Below, in pieces: positions 35,180 through 45,306 of a stretch of 64,000 nucleotides of DNA (positions within the stretch are counted from its first letter, which is position 1; the number at the start of each line of letters is the position of its first letter). The stretch comes from an uncultured Prevotella sp. (GTDB lineage: Bacteria; Bacteroidota; Bacteroidia; Bacteroidales; Bacteroidaceae). Made by a program: the position numbers and the translations under genes. Location of the stretch: NCBI GenBank assembly GCA_900554695.1, contig USHV01000004.1, positions 17,159 through 81,158 of the forward strand. The letters run 5' to 3'. The notes under the pieces are model-generated. The model worked only from the letters and a program-made list of their open reading frames with translations. It searched no databases and had not been told where the DNA came from.

Positions 35180-35520
35180 AGATTGCAGCGTACGATTAAG
35201 GGCTTTTCTCAACCGTAAAAGCGGGGTGGGGATGGCGTTCGGTGCAATTTGTCTTGCGAAATGGGCTTTATTGCATGCCGAAATGGTGCATTTCATAGGG
35301 TGAAAAAGGCTTTATCGTGGTGCGAAAGAGCCTTTTTCGTAAGTCGAAATGGGCTCTTTCAGAAGACAGTCATATCTTTTTTGTAAGGACATTTTGCGTA
35401 ATGCGTTGATACACAGCAGAATGGATAAAGTGCCTCAAAACTCGCGAATTTCGCCGCAAAGTTTTGTTTTGAGAAACAATCGCGTTAAATCAGCGTTAAT
35501 AAATGTTATCGTGAGCTGCG
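35180..35520 (-). repeat. Divergent relative of the dispersed intergenic element, with 5x22-bp array (35256-35365)
   Basis: Units GCGAAATGGGCTTTATTGCATG, CCGAAATGGTGCATTTCATAGG etc. at 22-nt spacing; IHF-like motif on the right side implies inverted orientation. Confidence 0.65.
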
Positions 35521-35819
35521 AAAAGCATGGAAAATAGCAGTTGGCTGATGATTGTACATGTTGCCAGTTTTGCGGCATGGAATGTTTATTATGTGATGAT
35601 ACGTGATTGTGGGGCGTCTCGGTTCTTGAGTTATCAACAGGCGTATTAACGGCGGAATGTATATTCATGGACAATGATTTGTGTCGGGAAATTTTGTTTC
35701 CAATGATAAATTGCACACAAAGCAGTGTCAATGAGAAACCCTCTTGAGGGTTGGATAAGAACAGTCCTACTCTCAAGAGGGATTCATGTTTTTATGTCCC
35801 GGATTGTAGACTAACGGTG

Positions 35820-37964
35820 TCAGCGTGAGCCATATACCTCCAGATCGCCGATGCGTGCCACACCGTCGGCTCCGGCATCGGTTATCGATACTCTCACATA
35901 GCGTGCCTCCACGGCATCGAATGAAGCGTCGGTCACGGCTTCGGTATTGTTTGTATATGTTCCGGCAAGAGCCCATGTCTTGCCGTCGAGACTGGTTTCA
36001 ACAATAAAGTCGCGGGTGTTAAGTTCACAGCCGAGGCCTGCGGCTTGTGCATGTCGCACCACATAACGGCTGATAAGATAAGGCTCGCCAAAATCGCACT
36101 GCACCCATCCCTTGCCGTCGGTTGTGGACGAAACCCACATGTTCGGTTCTGATGGAGAGCCGTCGGCTGCCAATGCCGCTTCGGTTTCTGAAGGCGACGA
36201 TGTGACCTGCATGCTTTCTGTCATGGTGAGATCGAAAGGCAGATGGTTGGCCTCGCAGAACATATTGAAGAAATGGTCGGCCCTGACTATCTCCACATTG
36301 CCAGGAGATAGCGCGTCGAGCTTGTCGGTCAGTCCTATAAGTTTGTCGGGGCCAACGTCCCACACTGTACACTGTCCGGAGACGAACATGGGTTTTGAGC
36401 CGTCGAAATTTTTTATGTCACGATTGAAGAAGTCGGAAATGACATCTATACCGTTGGCATAACACGGATAGTTGGGTATGAACGGCAGACGGCCGGCTTC
36501 AATATTGGTGCCGAGGCGACCAGTCTGGCGTTCCCAATCCTGGATGGTGAGTCCGTATAGATAGCTGCATTCTTCGGCATAGGCTTGTCGCTGGTAATTG
36601 TTCACCTCGTCCCATACGGTGACCACCCTTAGTCCTGATTTCTCAAGATAGCGCTGGCTGAGGCGTGCGTAAGGCACGAAATCACTTTTGGTGGAAGTGT
36701 TCCATTGTTTGTTGTGGGCGTCGTAAGGCATGGCATAGCCCAGTCCGGAAGGTCCGCATACGAAACAATCGTTTGCAGTAGCTTTCTTGTAATAGTAGTT
36801 GAGCATCTGCGGGGCAAAGTCAGCCAAAGCCGGGCTTATGGTCCAGTTCATTGGCATCTTGCCTCTGCCGCTCTGTTCAAAAATCTTAGCCATTGCGTGC
36901 TGGCAATACTGTATGTTGTCGCCGTCGCTGATATATACCGTGGCGTATATCTTGTTTTCAAGTTTCGGTCTTTTCGGTACAGGCGGAATGCATACAGGAT
37001 TATTGACGGCTGTGTAGACAGTGGTGTTTTCAAAGAAGTCGGCAGGCACCGTGGATAGTCCGTATTTTGTGGCTTCTCCCACTCCAGATCTTTCCTCGTG
37101 ATACCATCCGAGCACGATGTCACGCCCTGGGGTCATGTCGTACAGCATTTTGTCAAGCACATATTTCTCTTTGTCGTTGCGTGCGTCGAGCCACACTACA
37201 GCCGAGCCTGCAGCTGCGGCAATGTCGTGAACATATGGAATGTTGGGTCTGAGACTCACCAACAGGCGATGGTTGCATCTGTCCCAATAGTTCTCGTAGA
37301 GGTAGTTGTATATTTCATGCGGAGCTGTCATTGTTAAAGACGTGAGGTCTTTCACTACAGGAAAGTCCATGCCGTTGTCGATAAGTTTCTGGCGTATTTC
37401 GGCAGTTACGGGGAGCAGTCTTTCGAGACCTGCCACTGTGGCAGCCACATTGGCATAATGCTCGCTTTTTTCAGTGCTATAGAGTACAAGTCCTTTTATT
37501 TCGTTTTCATAGCGTTTTACGAACTGGTAAGGTTTGTTTGCGTTGACAGTAGCAATGCGCAGATTGTGTGCACCGGGCCATGTGTCTTTAGGTCCCTCGT
37601 TGTGGTTGTATAGAAGAATGCGTGGACGTGTGCGGTTGACGATGCCTTGCATGACACAGAACATCACACGTTCCTGTTCGTTGAGTTTGGCTTCATTCAT
37701 GTCAAATGCTCTGACGATGGAAGCGGGTGGAAGGAACAATGGCAGCAGACGGTCTTCCGGCCAGTTCAACTCATTATACTCAAGTATTCTGTCTTTGTCG
37801 GCATTGAGATCGTATTCCGCATCGGTAAAGGTTATCTTGTCAACCTTGGCTATATCGGTAGAAGTGACGTTGCCGTCGGTGGTGTGCACGAACATTGTTG
37901 TATTCTGAGCGTTGAGGCTTAATGTTCCCAATGTGACAGTAGCAAGCACTAATATATTTCTCAT
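35820..37964 (-). CDS. GxGYxYP-family putative glycoside hydrolase with C-terminal discoidin (F5/8 type C) domain
   Basis: ISDGDNIQY, WTISP, GPSGLGYAMP; C-terminal SLDGKTW...ARYVRV...DLEVYG; signal peptide. Confidence 0.8.
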   Translation of the reverse strand: MRNILVLATVTLGTLSLNAQNTTMFVHTTDGNVTSTDIAKVDKITFTDAEYDLNADKDRILEYNELNWPEDRLLPLFLPPASIVRAFDMNEAKLNEQERVMFCVMQGIVNRTRPRILLYNHNEGPKDTWPGAHNLRIATVNANKPYQFVKRYENEIKGLVLYSTEKSEHYANVAATVAGLERLLPVTAEIRQKLIDNGMDFPVVKDLTSLTMTAPHEIYNYLYENYWDRCNHRLLVSLRPNIPYVHDIAAAAGSAVVWLDARNDKEKYVLDKMLYDMTPGRDIVLGWYHEERSGVGEATKYGLSTVPADFFENTTVYTAVNNPVCIPPVPKRPKLENKIYATVYISDGDNIQYCQHAMAKIFEQSGRGKMPMNWTISPALADFAPQMLNYYYKKATANDCFVCGPSGLGYAMPYDAHNKQWNTSTKSDFVPYARLSQRYLEKSGLRVVTVWDEVNNYQRQAYAEECSYLYGLTIQDWERQTGRLGTNIEAGRLPFIPNYPCYANGIDVISDFFNRDIKNFDGSKPMFVSGQCTVWDVGPDKLIGLTDKLDALSPGNVEIVRADHFFNMFCEANHLPFDLTMTESMQVTSSPSETEAALAADGSPSEPNMWVSSTTDGKGWVQCDFGEPYLISRYVVRHAQAAGLGCELNTRDFIVETSLDGKTWALAGTYTNNTEAVTDASFDAVEARYVRVSITDAGADGVARIGDLEVYGSR

Positions 37965-38030
37965 GTCTGATATGTTTTAGGAATTTTTAAATAAAATAAA
38001 ATGGTGTGAATTGTCTTACGGCACCAAGTG

Positions 38031-38591
38031 TCAGAGTGTAATTTTTGAAGTGAATGTGCCTATGCGTACTATGAATATGCCTGTGCCGAGATTAGAACGG
38101 CTGAGTCGCAGTTCGCCACCTGTGCAGTCTGGAACGGGCACGCTTCGGCCGTCAATGGTACATACGTTGACTTTCATGCCATCTGTTATGCCTTTGAAGA
38201 TAGCTGAACCCCCTTGAAGCACACATACGATATCGGCGGTTGCTACAGGAACAGACATAGAAATGTCTTCTCCGAACCGGATTTCGGATATGTCATTGAT
38301 TTCTATTCTTACCGGGGTGTCGGTGGATTTTGACGAAATAATAAGGCTGCCTTCCGATACGGTTACCTCTGGTTGTGCCTCGAAAAGCACTGTTACAGGG
38401 TCGGAATCAACGGTGCTCACAATCATGGCTTTGCCACGGTCTGCAACGCTGAGGAAGGATATCCTGCTTATTTCAGCAACCCTCGTAAGGGTGTACGTGC
38501 CGTCGGTATTCTGCACACGCATGGTTTTCTCTTGTGCATTAGCCGCCAATGCACATAGTGTAAAAACTGCCAAAGCGTAAAACTTTTTCAT
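38031..38591 (-). CDS. Small secreted protein with T9SS-type C-terminal domain
   Basis: Start MKKFYALAV at 38591; C-terminus VCTIDGR...LGTGIFIVRIGTFTSKITL. Confidence 0.7.
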   Translation of the reverse strand: MKKFYALAVFTLCALAANAQEKTMRVQNTDGTYTLTRVAEISRISFLSVADRGKAMIVSTVDSDPVTVLFEAQPEVTVSEGSLIISSKSTDTPVRIEINDISEIRFGEDISMSVPVATADIVCVLQGGSAIFKGITDGMKVNVCTIDGRSVPVPDCTGGELRLSRSNLGTGIFIVRIGTFTSKITL

Positions 38592-38777
38592 ATATACTTG
38601 ATTGGTGAAACATTTTTTATCGGAGGTAAAAATAATTAAATATTCTGACATTCCGGATGTTTTATTGCCAATATTTTGAGTTTTTGTCATGTTTTTTTAT
38701 GAAGGTGCCGAATAAATGCAGCATACGTGGAATCTGAAAAAACTTTATCTATCATTTGTTATTGAGATTATCTTTCG

Positions 38778-39110
38778 CTATCTTTGTAGAAAATAGGCTG
38801 CACTCGGGAAACTGAGAACAAGTTCTCTTTCCGCTCGTTGGCACTATTTTTGTAGAAAATAGGCTGCGGCTCGGCAGTGCCAAGACAGGTAAAACTTCGT
38901 TTTCCCCTCATGTCGCTGCACTCGCCTTGCGCTATCTTTGTAGAAAATAGGCTGCACTCGGGACACTGAGAACAAGTTCTCTTTCCGCTCGTTGGCTCTA
39001 TTTTTGTAGAAAATAGGCTGCGGCTCGGCAATACCAAGATAGGTAAAACTTCGTTTTCCCCTCTTGTAGTTGCGCTCGCCTTGCGCTATCTTTGTAAAAA
39101 AATAGGCATC
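38778..39110 (+). repeat. Alternating hairpin repeat array (REP/BIME-like), units 66/88/66/88 bp
   Basis: Core CTATYTTTGTAGAAAATAGGCTGC at 38778, 38844, 38932, 38998 and degenerate at 39086. Confidence 0.9.
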
Positions 39111-39242
39111 GCTCAGGAAAAGACATATACTGCCTTACAGTCGTTTCACCGCTCCTTCAGTGCAGCATCTTCTGTCGCAGCCATGCAGTCATATATCATA
39201 TAACTACGTCACAATTTATAACATAATATATAACCGAAAACT

Positions 39243-41285
39243 ATGAAACTGAAATTACTTCTACTCACGTTCCTGGCGTCACTCATAACAGTGTCGTGCT
39301 ATAAGTTCACGCTTATAGAACAGCCGCATGAGGCTGTGACCAACAGCGTGTTCAAGGGCAAGGTAGTTGTGAAGCGCAGCGGTACGAGCGAAAACGAATC
39401 AGTGCTGCATGTTTACGGGCTGTTCGGCATATGTGTGCCCGAGGGGTGGCAGGCCGACGGTGATCTTGTGATGACACAGGTGCCCAAACCTACGACCGAC
39501 GTAGGCGACGACGAATATAAAAACGTGATAACGCGCCGTCTTGTGCCCAACGACAAATACACGGCGTTGCTCAACGAGTGCTATCCTAAAGCCGGATACA
39601 CGTGGCTCGGATTCATGACCGACCGCGACTTCAAAAGTCTTTTCAACACAACGACACCCGAAGTGGAGATTGACAGCATATACGCCGAGTTCTCCATACG
39701 CACTAACGACAAGACGGGAACGTTCTATCTCGACTATGTGGCCGGGCACGCTTCTCAGGACAAGGCCGACGACATAGGCGGAGAGGAGCGCGGCAACCAC
39801 ACGCGCATAGCCACATTTGCGGGCGACAACATAAGCAACGTGACCTTCGCCGACACTCACATCACCGTGACGCGTCCCGACGGTTCGACAGACAATCCGA
39901 CTGTAGGTCCCGACATAAAACCCGAATGGGATCTTGAGCTGATGCCCGACGCCACACGTTCGGGAGCTGCAGTGGCCTATAAGGACTGGAAATACAACAA
40001 GCTGTTCACCCGCACCCGTGGATGGAACGGCGGCGACGGTGTACTAACCGTGGGCCTGCCCGACGGCAGTGTGTTCTGGACTTTCAACGACAGTTTCTAC
40101 GGAAGGGTGAATGCTGCCGACCGTTCACGCGGCGACTGCAACTTCCCACGCAACAGTGTGATGCTCCAGAAAGCCACCGACGGTGTGCTGGGCGAGACAG
40201 AGGATGACCTCATCTGGCTGGCCGACTATGTCAACTGGACCGACCCTTCGGCCGAACGCTACTTCCACAGCCGTACGCATCTGCGCCATCCGGACGGCGA
40301 GAAGACGGTTGACGAGATACTGGCGGGCGACATCGACCAGGACCGCGTTTACTGGTCGGGCGACGGAACCATCTATGACGGCAAACTGCAGATGATGTGG
40401 ATGGGAACAGCGTCGAAGGAACTGCGCGCTCTTGGCACGAGTCTTGCTACATACAGACTTGACGGCACAATACCCGAAGGTTACTATCTGGACGACATCC
40501 CCGACTATCTGCCGAAGAAAGGCAACTATCTCTACCGCGAGAAAGTGACTCACCAGATAAACGACAACGCCGTTTCCTACGGCTCGACGCTATGCGAGGC
40601 CGACGACGGTCACACCTATCTCTACGGCACCAACGGCTACGGAGTGCTCGTGGCACGCACTGCCACACACGACCTTTACAGCAAATGGCAGTACTACGTG
40701 CGCCCGGAGGAAGGCTCCGACTTCGTATGGCAGGACGAATATCCTACCAAGGAACAGATGGAACGCTCGCAGATAATGGAGAACAATCATCAGTGCAACA
40801 TGCCGTGGGTGTTCAAGGACGGCGACTATTACTATATGACGGCGCAGGGACCATACTTCGCCCGCGAGGTTTACATCTATCGCAGCAAGTCGCCTTACGG
40901 TCCGTTCGGCGAGAAACGTCTGCTCTTCGTGCTGCCCGGACAGCTCGACAAGCTGGGTACTACGGCCTATCACTGGCTCTACATGGTGAACCTTCATCCG
41001 GCGCTTTCGCGTGCGGGCGAGCTCGTGTTCACCACCAACAGCGATCCGGACGACTTCTGGAAGAACTTCAACGACCCCGGCAGCGCCGACTATTACCGTC
41101 CGTTCTTCTACCGTGTGTTCGACTGGAAGAGTCTGTTCGGCGATGACACGACGAGCGGAATAGACGGACTGAGCGCGCCGCAGACAGTGGAGGACAACCA
41201 CTACTACAATCTGCAGGGCATCAGGGTGGACCATCCCACACGCGGCATATACATACGCAACGGCCGCAAGGTGGTGATAAAATGA
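39243..41285 (+). CDS. Secreted DUF4185/DUF5005-like beta-propeller protein with T9SS-like C-terminus
   Basis: GWNGGDG...LPDGSVFWTFNDSF; C-terminus TSGIDG...YYNLQGIRV...GIYIRNGRKVVIK; TVSC lipobox-like signal. Confidence 0.7.
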   Translation: MKLKLLLLTFLASLITVSCYKFTLIEQPHEAVTNSVFKGKVVVKRSGTSENESVLHVYGLFGICVPEGWQADGDLVMTQVPKPTTDVGDDEYKNVITRRLVPNDKYTALLNECYPKAGYTWLGFMTDRDFKSLFNTTTPEVEIDSIYAEFSIRTNDKTGTFYLDYVAGHASQDKADDIGGEERGNHTRIATFAGDNISNVTFADTHITVTRPDGSTDNPTVGPDIKPEWDLELMPDATRSGAAVAYKDWKYNKLFTRTRGWNGGDGVLTVGLPDGSVFWTFNDSFYGRVNAADRSRGDCNFPRNSVMLQKATDGVLGETEDDLIWLADYVNWTDPSAERYFHSRTHLRHPDGEKTVDEILAGDIDQDRVYWSGDGTIYDGKLQMMWMGTASKELRALGTSLATYRLDGTIPEGYYLDDIPDYLPKKGNYLYREKVTHQINDNAVSYGSTLCEADDGHTYLYGTNGYGVLVARTATHDLYSKWQYYVRPEEGSDFVWQDEYPTKEQMERSQIMENNHQCNMPWVFKDGDYYYMTAQGPYFAREVYIYRSKSPYGPFGEKRLLFVLPGQLDKLGTTAYHWLYMVNLHPALSRAGELVFTTNSDPDDFWKNFNDPGSADYYRPFFYRVFDWKSLFGDDTTSGIDGLSAPQTVEDNHYYNLQGIRVDHPTRGIYIRNGRKVVIK

Positions 41286-41325
41286 CATCATAACGTTAAA
41301 ATCAACATAAAAACAATCTTATAGT

Positions 41326-41949
41326 ATGAAAGTAATATTGGTAAACGGCAGTCCGCATCATCACGGCTGCACATACACTGCGCTCGACGAAGTGGCACGT
41401 GAACTGGAAAAATGTGGCATTGAGACAGAACATTTCTGGATTGGAGCAAAGCCCGTGGCAAACTGCATTGCTTGTGGCAAGTGCATCGGTACGGGCAAGT
41501 GCTGGTATGACGACGACACACTCAACGCCTTCCTCGATAAGGCTGCCGAGGCCGACGCCTTCGTTTTCGGATCGCCTATTTATTATGCAGGCGTGAGCGG
41601 ACAGCTCAAGTCGTTTCTCGACAGGGCCTTCTATGGCAAGTCATCGCTCTATGCCAACAAGCCGGCGGCATGTGTCGTGAGCTGCCGCAGGGGTGGAGCG
41701 TCAGCCGGATGGGACGACATAAACAAGTTCTTCGGCATCTGCAACATGCCCATCGTGACCAGTCAGTACTGGAATCAGGTGCACGGCAACACGCCTGAAG
41801 AGGTGCTCCAGGACGCAGAGGGGCTGCAGACCATGCGCCGTCTGGCACAGAACATGGCTTGGCTGTTGAAGAGCATCGAGGCAGGACGCGCTGCAGGTGT
41901 GCCTGAACCGGCCGTCGAACCGACTGTGAAAACCAACTTCATAAGATAA
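41326..41949 (+). CDS. Flavodoxin-family / iron-sulfur flavoprotein
   Basis: VNGSPH, CIACGKC...C, FGSPIYY, RRGG. Confidence 0.88.
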   Translation: MKVILVNGSPHHHGCTYTALDEVARELEKCGIETEHFWIGAKPVANCIACGKCIGTGKCWYDDDTLNAFLDKAAEADAFVFGSPIYYAGVSGQLKSFLDRAFYGKSSLYANKPAACVVSCRRGGASAGWDDINKFFGICNMPIVTSQYWNQVHGNTPEEVLQDAEGLQTMRRLAQNMAWLLKSIEAGRAAGVPEPAVEPTVKTNFIR

Positions 41950-41968
41950 CATCAAAATCTTTCTGATT

Positions 41969-44950
41969 ATGGAAGAGAACACCATCCCGCAGGAGTTCAG
42001 CCGTTTCTATCTGAAGGACGTGACATTCATGAATCTCATGTTGCGCCGTATCTACAACGTGCTGATCGTGGCCAACCCCTACGACGCCTTCATGCTCGAG
42101 GACGACGGGCGCATAGAGGAGAAGATATACAATGAGTATATGGAACTGGGCCTGCGCTATCCGCCTACATTCACGCAGGTGAGTACTACCGAGGAGGCAT
42201 ATAAGGTGCTGAAGACGATGAACATCGACCTTGTCATCTGTATGCCTGGCAACGCCGACAACGACGCTTTCTCGGTGGCGCGCGACATAAAAGCCGTGTT
42301 CCCCGACATCCATTGCGTCGTGCTGACACCGTTCTCACACGGCATCACACGGCGCATGCAGGATGAGGATCTCTCCATTTTCGACTATGTGTTCTGCTGG
42401 CTCGGTAACACAAACCTCATTCTCTCGATAATAAAGCTCATCGAGGACAAGATGAATCTCGACCACGACATACGTGAGGGTGGGGTGCAGATGATACTTC
42501 TTGTGGAGGATGGTATACGCTATTACAGTTCTATTCTGCCTTATCTCTACAGCTATGTGCTCATGCAGAGCAAGAGTTTCTCCACCGAGGCGCTCAACCG
42601 TCATGCCGCGACACTGCGCATGAGAGGGCGTCCAAAGGTGGTGCTCGCCCGCACATACGAGGAGGCAATGGAGATATACGACAAGTATTCGGCAAGCACA
42701 CTCGGCGTGATAAGCGACGTGAGATTCCCTGTCGGGGGCGAGAAAGACCCTGATGCCGGACTGAAACTGCTGCGACACATTCGCTCGGTTGACGAGTATG
42801 TGCCGCTGATAATAGAGAGTTCGGAGAGCGAGAACCGCGAGAGGGCGCTGGCTGAGGGCTTTAAGTTTGTGGATAAGGATTCCAAGACGGCGAGCATCGA
42901 CCTGCGTCACATACTCGAGGAACACATGGGTTTCGGCGACTTCATATTCCGCGACCCGAAGACTCACGCCGAGATAATGCGTGTGCGCAGTCTGAAGGAG
43001 TTGCAGGACAACATCTTCAAGATACCGAACGACTCGATGCTTTATCACATCTCGCGCAATCACATGAGCCGTTGGCTGTCGGCGCGCGCCATATTCCCCG
43101 TGTCGGCGTTTCTCAAGAAAGTGACGTGGCACAAGCTGAAGAACGTAGATGCCCACCGCAAGATTATCTTCGATGCCATCGTGCAATACCGTCATATGAA
43201 GAATATAGGTGTGGTTGCCGTGTTCGACCGTATGAAGTTCGACTCCTATTCACACTTCGCACGCATAGGTGAAGGCTCGCTCGGAGGCAAGGGACGTGGC
43301 CTGGCGTTCCTCGACAATATCGTGAAGACACATCCCGACTTCAACAAGTTTGCGGGTGCTAAGGTCAGTATTCCGAAGACAGTGGTGCTGTGTACCGACA
43401 TCTTCGACCAGTTTATGGAGCAGAACAACCTTTATCAGATAGCCTTGAGCGATGCTTCCGACGAGGATATTCTGCGTCATTTCCTGCGCGCAAAATTGCC
43501 CGACTCGCTCATAGACGACTTCTTCATCTTCTTCGATGCGGTGAAATGTCCTATCGCCATTAGGTCGAGCTCGCTCCTTGAAGACGCTCACTATCAGCCG
43601 TTCGCCGGCATATATTCCACCTACATGATACCTTATGTGACGGACAAATATGCCATGCTCGAGATGTTGGCGTGCGCGATAAAGGGTGTTTATGCCTCGG
43701 TATATTATCGCGATTCAAAGGCTTACATGAAGGCGACGAGCAATGTGATAGACCAGGAGAAGATGGCGGTGATACTACAGGAGGTTGTCGGCAAGCAGTA
43801 TGACAACCGTTATTATCCCAACTTCAGCGGAGTGCTGCGCTCGCTCAACTATTATCCAATAGGCGATGAGAAGGCGGAGGACGGTATTGCTTCGCTTGCT
43901 TTGGGACTCGGAAAATATATTGTTGACGGCGGACAGACGCTCCGTGTGTCGCCATATCATCCCAATCAGGTGTTGCAGACGAGTGAGATGGAGACGGCTT
44001 TGCGCGAGACGCAGACACAGTTTTACGCACTCGACACGGCACATGTGGGCAATGACTTCAAGGTGGACGACGGTTTCAATATCCTGAAACTGAAGGTTAA
44101 GGAGGCCGACAAGGACAAATCGCTCAACTTCATTGCTTCTACTTATGATCCTTACGACCAGGTGATACGCGACGGAATATACGAAGGCGGGCGCAAGATA
44201 ATATCGTTCTGCGGCGTGTTGCAGCAGGGAGTGTTCCCTCTTCCGGAGCTTCTGCAGATGTCGATGAAGTATGGCGCGGAGAGCATGAAGCGTCCGGTGG
44301 AGATAGAGTTTGCCTGCAATCTTAACGAAGACCGCACGGGAGAATTCTATCTTCTGCAGATACGGCCGATTGTCGATGCCAAACAGATGCTCGATGAAGA
44401 CTTGGCTGCCATACCGGACGACAAGTGTCTGCTGCGCTCATCGAACTCGCTTGGCCACGGAATCAGCGAGGACATCGTAGATGTGGTGTATGTCAAAACC
44501 GGCGACGACTTCAGTGCGATGAACAATCCTGCCATTGCTGACGACGTGGAACGCATCAATCGTAAGTTCCTTGCCGACGGACACAACTATATATTGGTTG
44601 GTCCCGGACGCTGGGGATCGAGTGATTCGTGGCTCGGCATACCGGTGAAGTGGCCGCACATCTGTGCTTCGCGTCTCATCGTTGAGGTGGCGTTGAAGAA
44701 CTATCGGGTCGAACCGAGTCAGGGAACCCACTTCTTCCAGAATCTCACGAGCTTCGGTGTGGGTTATTTCACTATCGATGCAAACTCCGGAAACGGTCTT
44801 TTCCGCAAGGATATTCTCGATGCGATGCCTGCCGTTGAGGAGACTCGCTTCGTGCGTCATGTGAGATTTGACGCTCCATTGAAGATAATGATGGACGGAA
44901 AGAAGCAAAATGGTGTGGTTTTATTGCCTGATTCTGACGTAATGGTTTGA
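41969..44950 (+). CDS. PEP/pyruvate-binding (PPDK_N ATP-grasp) protein with receiver-like N-terminal domains
   Basis: LGGKGRGL, AIRSSSLLED...FAGIY, MAVILQEVVG, EIEFA, LLQIRP; ILLVED and VISDVRFP receiver-like motifs. Confidence 0.85.
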   Translation: MEENTIPQEFSRFYLKDVTFMNLMLRRIYNVLIVANPYDAFMLEDDGRIEEKIYNEYMELGLRYPPTFTQVSTTEEAYKVLKTMNIDLVICMPGNADNDAFSVARDIKAVFPDIHCVVLTPFSHGITRRMQDEDLSIFDYVFCWLGNTNLILSIIKLIEDKMNLDHDIREGGVQMILLVEDGIRYYSSILPYLYSYVLMQSKSFSTEALNRHAATLRMRGRPKVVLARTYEEAMEIYDKYSASTLGVISDVRFPVGGEKDPDAGLKLLRHIRSVDEYVPLIIESSESENRERALAEGFKFVDKDSKTASIDLRHILEEHMGFGDFIFRDPKTHAEIMRVRSLKELQDNIFKIPNDSMLYHISRNHMSRWLSARAIFPVSAFLKKVTWHKLKNVDAHRKIIFDAIVQYRHMKNIGVVAVFDRMKFDSYSHFARIGEGSLGGKGRGLAFLDNIVKTHPDFNKFAGAKVSIPKTVVLCTDIFDQFMEQNNLYQIALSDASDEDILRHFLRAKLPDSLIDDFFIFFDAVKCPIAIRSSSLLEDAHYQPFAGIYSTYMIPYVTDKYAMLEMLACAIKGVYASVYYRDSKAYMKATSNVIDQEKMAVILQEVVGKQYDNRYYPNFSGVLRSLNYYPIGDEKAEDGIASLALGLGKYIVDGGQTLRVSPYHPNQVLQTSEMETALRETQTQFYALDTAHVGNDFKVDDGFNILKLKVKEADKDKSLNFIASTYDPYDQVIRDGIYEGGRKIISFCGVLQQGVFPLPELLQMSMKYGAESMKRPVEIEFACNLNEDRTGEFYLLQIRPIVDAKQMLDEDLAAIPDDKCLLRSSNSLGHGISEDIVDVVYVKTGDDFSAMNNPAIADDVERINRKFLADGHNYILVGPGRWGSSDSWLGIPVKWPHICASRLIVEVALKNYRVEPSQGTHFFQNLTSFGVGYFTIDANSGNGLFRKDILDAMPAVEETRFVRHVRFDAPLKIMMDGKKQNGVVLLPDSDVMV

Positions 44951-45026
44951 ATTGATGTTAATGACTGACAATATGTTTGATATAAGTCAATAAAATGAAT
45001 AATATGCAATAATTATCGCGTTGCAG

Positions 45027-45058
45027 TTTGACGGTGACTGAACAGATGATTAAATTTG
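45027..45058 (+). promoter_or_regulatory. Promoter of candidate sRNA copy 1
   Basis: TTTG(45027)-N20-TAAATTTG(45051). Confidence 0.75.
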
Positions 45059-45060
45059 CA

Positions 45061-45125
45061 GCGTTTTTCATGGTATTAGATTTAAGTTTAACAAAGGCAG
45101 GGGCTCGGCGGAGTCCCTTTATTGT
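45061..45125 (+). ncRNA. Candidate small RNA, copy 1
   Basis: Promoter, then TTTTTCATGGTATTAGATTTAAG core, then GGGGCTC-GGCG-GAGTCCC stem with T-rich tail; paralog at 47516-47581. Confidence 0.7.
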
Positions 45126-45306
45126 TTATGGACAAGGTTTGCGGAAATAAACTTTCCGCAGATTTATAATGAAAATGTGCTTTATTTTTAATAATAAAAA
45201 TGATGCGTCGTCTCAATTCTTTTATGTGTGAATTTGAGGCGGCGCATATCTTTTATTGTGTGTTTCGGCAGTGTGGCTGCCGGTGTTCGTATTGGCGCTT
45301 TCCGGT

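Noticed and set aside
38768..39037. 89-aa ORF on the minus strand
   Set aside because: It is only a translation of the repeat array
38778..39110. CRISPR array
   Set aside because: The spacers are duplicated (A,B,A,B), alternate in length and are self-complementary; no cas genes are in the window
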